Assembly: GCA_951406725.2 (NCBI GenBank)
Contig: OX597816.1
Coordinates: 32,054,001-32,118,000, forward strand
Source: Octopus vulgaris
Taxonomy: Eukaryota
DNA: 64,000 nt
Reading direction: 5' to 3'
Shown: positions 56,646 to 64,000 of the stretch, in pieces
How the letters are laid out: each line of letters starts with the position of its first letter
How positions within the stretch are numbered: the first letter of the stretch is position 1
Notes under the pieces: model-generated
What the model was told of the DNA's origin: nothing
The model's database searches: none
Seen by the model: only the letters and a program-made list of their open reading frames with translations
Translations under genes and position numbers: made by a program

Positions 56646-57416
56646 GAATATATTTAGTGGAATTTAATTGTATTAGCGCTTTTTTTTACCCGTCCTGTTG
56701 GTGGTCATCCAACATTTGCTGCTGCTTAACCTGGTATGAGTAGTCTTCGAATGAGTTAAAAGGTGTCGTTTCTAATAACGTTTCATTGATTTCGTGCGAA
56801 CGTAGCTGAGTAATCAACAGATGCGTGTACCTATAATATGATGATTGAAAGGTATAAATATGAGACAGAGTGTGGGAAATTTCAAACTATATTTTGACGA
56901 TAAAAATCACTCTCCTGGAATTCATCAAACGTCCCTCGTGGCTGCAAAACTATTATATCAGTATACAGGCTACCATGTCACTATGACTACTACATTAAGC
57001 ATATAAGAAAATAAGTGTTCTCCGGATATTACTTTTATAATGAGATCTATTTTATGGAAAAGGCAACTGCAAGCTTTATCACGTGTTTAAATATATATTT
57101 GCAAACTAATTTCTAATACGAATGACGTAGGAAGAGGATTTAACATTGGTTGTGTTGCGATGTACTTGAGTTACATGGGTCAAAAAATATATGACACATT
57201 AGAATGACACAAAAGAATAAACAAATGAGGTAAACATAAAAATGAAACTAAAAAAAACCGGTATACAAAAATGTCGATCACAAAAGAAATTATTGGTCTT
57301 GATAAGGAAGGTGTCAGACGGTATTAGAGCACGATTGTTTTTTTCACAATCAAAATTCATTAATTACACAGAAATTCATATTTTACGTCGGCTCGCTCCC
57401 TGTATCTAGAGGTACA

Positions 57417-57470
<54 letters not shown>

Positions 57471-57557
57471 TGATATTGATTGATTGATTCCAGTTCCAGC
57501 CTATGAGCTGTGGCCATGCTGGGGCACCGCCATTTGGTGTTGCTACTTGGTTTCACT

Positions 57558-60500
57558 TCATGGAGGCTTTCTAGCAACTGCTATTTGGTGCATGAGAGAG
57601 TTCGATGCAGCTGCCCTCATCTGCCCCTCCTGCCGTGAAGTTGGTTCATCTGGGACACCTGACAGGAAGAGATCCAGCTTCATTTTAAAGACATCTGTAT
57701 CCACCCCATGCAGGTCTCTCAGGTTCTTCGGGAGGATATTGAAGAGCTGTGGGCCTCGGAAGCCCAGGCTATCACAGAATCTTGTCCTACATCTTGATGG
57801 CAGGTTTGGAGTCCTAGGCACCACGCAGTGGCGCCCAGTTCTGGCATTTGTGTAACTCTCGATGCCAAAGTTCAGGACACTTCCCTCCAGGATCTTCCAG
57901 ATGTATATTATGGCATATCTTTCCCGCCTACGCTCCAGGGAGTATAATTTTAATCTCTTGAGTCTTTCCCAGTAGCTTACATTCTGCATAGAGGCTATCT
58001 TCTTTGTGTAGCTTCGTTGGATCGCCTCAAGTTCTGTGATCAACTTGACACTGGATGGTGACCATAGCTGAGAGCAATAGTCAAAGTGGCTTAGGACAAG
58101 TGTCTTCCAGAGGACCATCATGGTTTCTTGTTCTCTTGTTCTAAAGGTTCTAAGAATCCAGCCAGCCAGCCGTCTACATTTCACTGTCAGTTTAGCAACA
58201 TGTACATGAAAGGTCGCGTCATCACTCATGTGAATACCCAGGTCACGCACTGATTGTGCCTCTGGGATTGCAATCCCTCCGGGTCCAGTGTATTCATTGG
58301 GTATTGCATTCAGTTTTGCATGCTGATAGTATAAAGCTTGAAACTTTCCAGCATTGAACTGCATGCTATTCTTTTCAGCCCACTTGTATATTTCGTCCAG
58401 CTCACATTGCAGGTTTTTAGTGTCCTCAGGGTTCTGTATTGCCTGTGAAACTTTTGTATCATCTGCATAACTTGTGATCGTGGATCTCTGCGTGGCTGAG
58501 GGCATGTCTGAGAGGGCCATTATGAACAGTAGTGGTCCCAAAACAGTGCCCTGTGGAACACCACTCATTATTTGCGTGTTAATGGAAGTGGCCCCATTGG
58601 CTACTACCACCTGACTTCTATTCTTCAGAAAGTCGTGAAGCCATTCTCCTAGTTTTCCAACTATGCCAAGATCACGCAGCCTGTGACATATCATTCCGTG
58701 ATCGACTTTATCGAAGGCCTTTGCGAAGTCGAGATATATGACTTCCACATTTGAGTGGTTGAGCAGTTGTTTCAGCACCCAGTCATAGTGCTGCAGGAGC
58801 TGAGTTAAGCAGCTTCTTCCTGGTCGGAAACCATGTTGGGTGTCAGGCAGCAAGTCATTTTCTTCAAGGAAGGTGATTAGTTTCCTTCTGACTATTCGTT
58901 CCATGACCTTGCTGATGTGTGAGGTCAGAGAGATAGGTCTGTAGTTCTTTGCCTCCGCTCTGCTACCTCCTTTATGAATAGGGCATATTTTACCTTCCTT
59001 CAGTCCCCTTGGAAGTTTGCCAGCTGCAAGGAAGCTCTGAAAGAGGGACTGCAGTGGTCTTGCTAAGACTCTCTTACATACTTTTAGGAGGATTGCCGGG
59101 AATCCATCGGGGCCAGTAGCTGAGTCTATTTTCATTTCATCTATAGCCTTTATTACATCGTCTTCCTTTATCTCGATGTAACTTATCGTCGCCGCCTCTG
59201 ATTCTATATCTGCAGTGGTAAAGAAGTCAGTTGGATTGCTGATTTGGAAATGCCCAAGGGGTGGAGTGAAAACACTCTTGAATTGTTCATTCAGTATTTC
59301 ACTTACCCTCATTGGTTTTCCTGTGAGTGTGCCATCCTTTTCAAGGAGTGGCCCTATCCTACAGTGCACTGTAGCCGTTTCTTTGGCATACCTGTAGAAA
59401 GCTCTGGGGTTAGTTTTTATGTTGTCTATAGCCCAGGCTTCTTTGTCTGCTCTTTCCTTCTCATGGGAAAGTTGCAGACAATTTTCAATTTCCAACAGTT
59501 TTATTTTCAGGCGGGACTTTTCACTACTTTCAATTTGTTTGTTTAGGCGATTTGAAATTTTTGTACGCCGTCTCATTAAAATTTTCCTCTCTCTGGGGAT
59601 TTTGTTCTTGTGTACAGTGGCCTTTCTCTCTGGGACACATTTGTAGCATATTGCTTGCATTACAGACATGAATTGTTGAAGTATCATGTCGATGTCCGGC
59701 GAGGAGAGACATTCAGGCCAGTTTTGTTTGAGGATCTCTTTCTCAATTTGTTTCCAGTTTGCCTTATTGAAGTTCAAGCTGGAAAGATTCTGAGGGTTTC
59801 TTGTAGGCTGCATGTCCGTGCTCTCTTTTGGCCCGTACATGGTCAGCTCTACCATGTTGTGATCCGAGAGTAGTGTCGGTGTCACTTTCACATTATGGAT
59901 GAGATCCATATTATTTGTGAAGCAGAGATGCAGTGTGTTACCTGCTCTGGTTGGTTGCAGTATTACTTGCTCCATGTACAGGGTGTTGGTGAGGTTCAGG
60001 AGGGACCTCGCCTGTCCACGTTCACATCTTGTCATTCCTGGGAGAGAAAGGCCCTCGGGCCATCTGACATTCGGTAGATTGAAGTCTCCCATGAGAAGTA
60101 CACTTATGTGTTGTTCTAATGTGGTTAGAACTTCTTCTATTTTTAAAAGGCAGTCCTCGAACTTGCCCATATGACTTGGGGCATCTGGAGGGCGATATGT
60201 AGCACACACAACTACATCAAGTTGCCTTATGTGTACAATTAGTGTGTCACACACCGAGTTTGAGTATGACAAAAGGACCTGGGGTGTGAGGTCCCCACGG
60301 ATGTACATAGCAACTCCTCCATGACTCCTTTCTTTCCTGTCGGTCCGTAGCACAACATACTGTGGTATGTGTAATTCCGCATCTGCTATGTCCGGTTTCA
60401 GATGCGTTTCTGTGAGTGCTATGCATAAGGCTTGATTGCATGCGACAAAGTCTCTCAGGAACGGGACTTTTGTCCTGTTACTGTGTGTTAGTAAACCTCT

Positions 60501-60662
60501 GATGTTCAGTAGGAGCATCGAGGTGAGGTGTATGCTGTTGCCGGCGTTGTCCACCCTGGGTCCATCTGCTGTGGCGGTCTTGTGAACTGTGGGCAGTTCC
60601 ATCTGCGAGCCTGAGCCTGATGGAGCCAGGTTAGCTGCTGTACAATCTTTTGTTCCATGCAC
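57558..60662 (-). CDS. LINE ORF2: AP endonuclease + reverse transcriptase
   Basis: LNIRGL, LTETHL, YRPP, MGDFN, SDH; GPDG, NYRPISLTS, QHGFR, YLDFAKAFDKV, GVPQGTVLGPLLF, YADDTK. Uninterrupted 1034-codon frame; true start uncertain. Confidence 0.95.
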   Translation of the reverse strand: MHGTKDCTAANLAPSGSGSQMELPTVHKTATADGPRVDNAGNSIHLTSMLLLNIRGLLTHSNRTKVPFLRDFVACNQALCIALTETHLKPDIADAELHIPQYVVLRTDRKERSHGGVAMYIRGDLTPQVLLSYSNSVCDTLIVHIRQLDVVVCATYRPPDAPSHMGKFEDCLLKIEEVLTTLEQHISVLLMGDFNLPNVRWPEGLSLPGMTRCERGQARSLLNLTNTLYMEQVILQPTRAGNTLHLCFTNNMDLIHNVKVTPTLLSDHNMVELTMYGPKESTDMQPTRNPQNLSSLNFNKANWKQIEKEILKQNWPECLSSPDIDMILQQFMSVMQAICYKCVPERKATVHKNKIPRERKILMRRRTKISNRLNKQIESSEKSRLKIKLLEIENCLQLSHEKERADKEAWAIDNIKTNPRAFYRYAKETATVHCRIGPLLEKDGTLTGKPMRVSEILNEQFKSVFTPPLGHFQISNPTDFFTTADIESEAATISYIEIKEDDVIKAIDEMKIDSATGPDGFPAILLKVCKRVLARPLQSLFQSFLAAGKLPRGLKEGKICPIHKGGSRAEAKNYRPISLTSHISKVMERIVRRKLITFLEENDLLPDTQHGFRPGRSCLTQLLQHYDWVLKQLLNHSNVEVIYLDFAKAFDKVDHGMICHRLRDLGIVGKLGEWLHDFLKNRSQVVVANGATSINTQIMSGVPQGTVLGPLLFIMALSDMPSATQRSTITSYADDTKVSQAIQNPEDTKNLQCELDEIYKWAEKNSMQFNAGKFQALYYQHAKLNAIPNEYTGPGGIAIPEAQSVRDLGIHMSDDATFHVHVAKLTVKCRRLAGWILRTFRTREQETMMVLWKTLVLSHFDYCSQLWSPSSVKLITELEAIQRSYTKKIASMQNVSYWERLKRLKLYSLERRRERYAIIYIWKILEGSVLNFGIESYTNARTGRHCVVPRTPNLPSRCRTRFCDSLGFRGPQLFNILPKNLRDLHGVDTDVFKMKLDLFLSGVPDEPTSRQEGQMRAAASNSLMHQIAVARKPP

Positions 60663-61160
60663 AAAAAAGATTCCTGCTCAGCAGCTGCCCTTTCAACAAC
60701 ACGTTGGTGGTTTGTGGTACGCACCACATCTGCGTACCTCCGTTTTGGGGCAGGTGATGCCTGGTCCATCCCATTTCCTTTCGGTGGTTGGTTTCTGTGG
60801 CAGGGTCCCGGATGTGCAAAGCGGCAGCCTGCACCTTCCTCTCCATGCCGGCAGGCACCTTTCAGGTAGAACCTACATACCCGTGTGCGCTGCTTGTTTC
60901 CATCCTTTTTGGCATATGGACCGTTAGGTTTGCCTCTGTCCCTGGCTGCCTTGTCCCTTGGCTTTGTCTGAGTTTTAGCTTCAGTTTTTCCTCTTTTTTG
61001 GCCTCTTCATCTCCATGTCCACGGCTTTTGGAGCCGGTAGGAGCATCCGTACCTGGGTTCACCTCCCGGGCAGGCCTATCGTTGGAGTTTTCTTCCTGGG
61101 CGTCCACCAGGTGGGGGTGACCCTCCTCATCTGCGCCCACGTCTCCATCCTTGCCATCTT
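60506..61160 (-). CDS. LINE ORF1 with CCCH zinc finger (one apparent frameshift near 60985-61000)
   Basis: Extending the 60506-60769 frame upstream gives ...KQRTRVCRFYLKGACRHGEEGAGCRFAHP (C-x7-C-x8-C-x3-H). It joins the 60862-61140 frame at an A-run. Confidence 0.65.
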
Positions 61161-61213
61161 TACTTTGTTCGCGTTTTTCGCTGTTAAAAATGGCTGTTAA
61201 AAATATATATATT

Positions 61214-61571
61214 TTTATTATATAGAAGGAGCTTCTACAGGACTAGTACTGTTTCATTCAAGAGAAATCTTCAGGAAGCTATTTAACAAGAATTGTATTA
61301 GCATTTATACATTTAGGCAGGTTTAAAGGAGTGGTGGTGGGGGACTTTTTTGGGGGTAGGCATAGCGCAAAATATCACACTTGGGGGAGTGGTCAAGGAG
61401 TCAGTGGTAAGTTAGATGAAAGAATAGATAAATAAAAAAAAAAAAATAAATAAATAAATAAATAAAATAAATCTACGAATAAAATAAATAAATAAAATAA
61501 ATCTACGAATTGCCACATAAAATTATATTTACTATTATTTGAATTGCAAAGTTTAGTAACTTAAATCTAGA
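61214..61571 (-). repeat. PLE pseudo-LTR segment, antisense to the adjacent ORF
   Basis: 61214-~61446 is a direct repeat of 63711-~63945 (one visible substitution). 61498-61571 is the exact reverse complement of 63353-63426. Confidence 0.85.
61231..61279 (-). ncRNA. Type I hammerhead ribozyme
   Basis: GCTTC-CTGAAGA-T(TTC TCTT GAA)T-GAA-ACAG TACTAGTC CTGT-A-GAAGC: stem I GCTTC/GAAGC, core CUGAAGA/GAAA, stem III ACAG/CTGT with palindromic ACTAGT loop, GUA cleavage site. Confidence 0.85.
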
Positions 61572-62634
61572 CCAGGACCACGGATGGGTTCCGGAAAAAT
61601 CTTCACACCTTCTTTAAAAACTTAGGCCTTAGGATTACCCTAGAATCCAACTTAACAAAGGCTAACTTCCTAGATGTCACCCTAGACTTAAAAACCTCAC
61701 TTTATTACCCGTACCACAAACCAAATGAATCCCTTAGATATATAGATATCAATTCCAACCACCCCAGAAATATATTAGATAACCTAGTAAAAAGTGTCTC
61801 AATTAGAATCTCTAGCCTGTCCGCCACGGAAGATATCTTTAAGGCCGCAGCCCCCTATTACAACGAGGCCCTGGCCCGTAGTGGTTTTAAAGATAAGATT
61901 ACCTACACTAGTATAGCCCCACGCCAACCCAGGAAAAATAGACGAAGACACATTAGCTGGTACAACCCCCCTTCAACCGTGAGGTCGCTACACCTGTGGC
62001 TAAGATCTTTTTCACTCTCCTACAGAAACACTTCCCCACCCAACATAAGTACTACACTATCCTAAATAAGAACACTATTAGACTCTCCTACTCTACCACG
62101 CCCAATCTAGCCAGGAACCTAGCCAACAACAATGTGAAAAAACTTAACACATCTACTTTCTCCGGGGCCCATCCAACGTCCGATAGCAATTGCAACTGCC
62201 ACGATAAAACCACCTGCCCCCTCAACAACAACTGCCTACAGAGGGACCTAGTATATAAATGCGAGGTAAGATCAGGCCTTGACGATAAAAGTAAATCCTA
62301 CATTGGAATGACGTCAAACAGCTTTAAGACCCGCTGCTACGCACATACACACTCGTTCCGGCGACAGGATAAATCCAACCAAACTACCCTCGCCGCCCAC
62401 ATCTGGTACCTTAAAAGGAACTCAATCCCCTTCAAGACCAAGTGGAAACTACTACAGAAGGCGCGCTCGTACACAGGAGGACATACCTGCTGTGACCTAT
62501 GCATATCAGAGAGCCTAGAGATCTTGTTCGCCAAAGGCCCTCTCCTTAACAAATTTTCAGAACACTCCCCAAATTGCATGCATAAGAAGTATGCGAACTA
62601 CAAGAACTATAGACCTACCCGGCAACCTGATTGA
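61571..62634 (+). CDS. 5'-truncated Naiad-type PLE ORF (RT thumb + GIY-YIG), one frameshift at ~61966-61971
   Basis: Frame from 61571: NFLDVTLDL..YYPYHKPN..YI...SNHP, ALARSGF, RRRHISWYNPP. Then track ORF 61996-62634: KHFP..HK, RLSYS..PN, CNC....CPL...C, LVYK..YIGMT..FKTR..H, CDLCISE. Confidence 0.85.
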
Positions 62635-62861
62635 TGACAACCCCCCCTACAACCCCCTCCCCCCAACCCCACTGTTCCCCTAGCACCCCCGATTACCTTT
62701 TCTCCTAAGACCTTTCACATATTATATGTGCACGCTTGTATATGTGTATCGTATGTATGTATATATGTATAGAAATGCATGGGTACAGTAGGAATATACG
62801 CATGTATTATGTGTGTGTGTGTGTATGTATGCATGTAGAAATATATATATGTATATGTATT

Positions 62862-62900
<39 letters not shown>

Positions 62901-62934
62901 GCTTGTATGTGTGTGTGTGTGTACATGTGTATAT

Positions 62935-63012
62935 GGGTTTCCCGGTCCAGGAATCGAAACCACAATCTTACGATCATGATGTTGACATCCTAACCACAAA
63001 GACACGCGCCTC
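62935..63012 (-). mobile_element. tRNA-like SINE head fragment
   Basis: Minus strand AGGCGCGTGTCTTTGTGGTTAGG...GTGGTTTCGATTCCTGGACCGGG resembles the head at 41671. Confidence 0.65.
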
Positions 63013-63585
63013 TACCAATTATGAATAGACAAATATATAACTACATATAGTTCTGTAGTAAATCGTAGAATTAGATTCCTTTGCCAGAATATATATCGAG
63101 AGAGCTCCGTTCACTGTAACTAATTGTCGCGGGCGCGTTTGGAAGCGTCTAGATTTTGAGTTACAGGACTGTTCTGGAAAGCTCTTCTTTTAAAAACAGT
63201 TCACAAATCAAGAGATTTGCCATCAGCTATTATCCTAGAGGCAGTCACGCCTTTACTGTGTCGTAATCTCTTCTTTGTTATTACATATATGATTTTCCTG
63301 CAAAGACAATTTAATTCTAATGTTTGCACAACAAACTTTTGTAATTTGTAATTCTAGATTTAAGTTACTAAACTTTGCAATTCAAATAATAGTAAATATA
63401 ATTTTATGTGGCAATTCGTAGATTTACTTCTTTCCTTCTTTTGTACAAGGAATTTTGTTACTTTGCCACTCGCGGCTCTATCTCAACTAGTAACGATCAG
63501 ATAACTCTCCGCCAAACTGTTTATTGACCACTACATTTTTAAATGCCTAATCATACAAACATAAACACACACACACACATGTATG

Positions 63586-63640
<55 letters not shown>

Positions 63641-63643
<3 letters not shown>

Positions 63644-64000
63644 GGTCCCGGGTTGATTCGGGGTTAACCACAGTAAGTAAGGTACTCAATACATAGCAGA
63701 GTAAAATTAATTTATTATATAGAAGGAGCTTCTACAGGACTAGTACTGTTTCATTCAAGAGAAATCTTCAGGAAGCTATTTAACAAGAATTGTATTAGCA
63801 TTTATACATTTAGGCAGGTTTAAAGGAGTGGTGGTGGGGGACTTTTTTGGGGGTAGGCATAGCGCAAAATATCATACTTGGGGGAGTGGTCAAGGAGTCA
63901 GTGGTAAGTTAGATGAAAGAATAGATAAATAAAAAAAAAAAAAAATATATATATAAAAAATATATATATAAAAATATATATATATAAAAAAAGATAGAGT
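63641..64000 (-). mobile_element. Second pLTR copy of the same PLE family, 3' end at (TA)n, running off the window
   Basis: Repeat of 61214-61446, extended ~70 bp to the (TA)n at 63590-63640. Confidence 0.8.
63728..63776 (-). ncRNA. Type I hammerhead ribozyme (copy 2)
   Basis: Identical to 61231-61279. Confidence 0.85.

Larger units (their letters stand above)
57468..61200 (-). mobile_element. Near full-length CR1/L2-group (APE-type) LINE
   Basis: ORF1 + ORF2, short 3' UTR ending in (ATCA)n then (TA)n, and a short tandem duplication GCTGTTAAAAAT at the 5' end. Confidence 0.92.

Noticed and set aside
61571-62720. Selenoprotein (UGA/SECIS) Naiad
   Set aside because: Some Naiads are reported to encode Sec, but the Cys positions visible here are TGC/TGT, with no internal in-frame TGA and no convincing SECIS. 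The missing 5' part cannot be assessed.

Overview
Eukaryotic, AT-rich, repeat-saturated DNA. The microsatellite load and SINE/LINE families resemble a coleoid cephalopod such as Octopus (inference). I could not support any host protein-coding gene; most ORF-track entries are microsatellite read-throughs or antisense shadows. The main content is retroelements. (1) A young, GC-rich Neptune-type Penelope-like element (PLE; RT + GIY-YIG) at 48071-53277 (-), with near-identical 640-bp direct pseudo-LTRs that each carry a variant hammerhead ribozyme (HHR). (2) A near-complete CR1/L2-group LINE at ~57468-61200 (-), with an open APE-RT ORF2, a CCCH-finger ORF1 and a candidate -1 frameshift site joining them. 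(3) A truncated Naiad-type PLE at ~61214-63426, bounded by perfect 74-bp inverted repeats, whose well-formed HHRs point opposite to its ORF. (4) Several decayed PLE and HHR modules, including a fold-back unit whose HHR has a long stem II. Also present are R4/Dong-type RLE LINE fragments, three RTE-type LINE 3' ends, three mariner remnants and tRNA-derived SINEs. Other observations are a fixed-spacing CCAAT+CRE repeat, a ~1.3-kb G-depleted tract and a small duplicated segment with splice-like signals.
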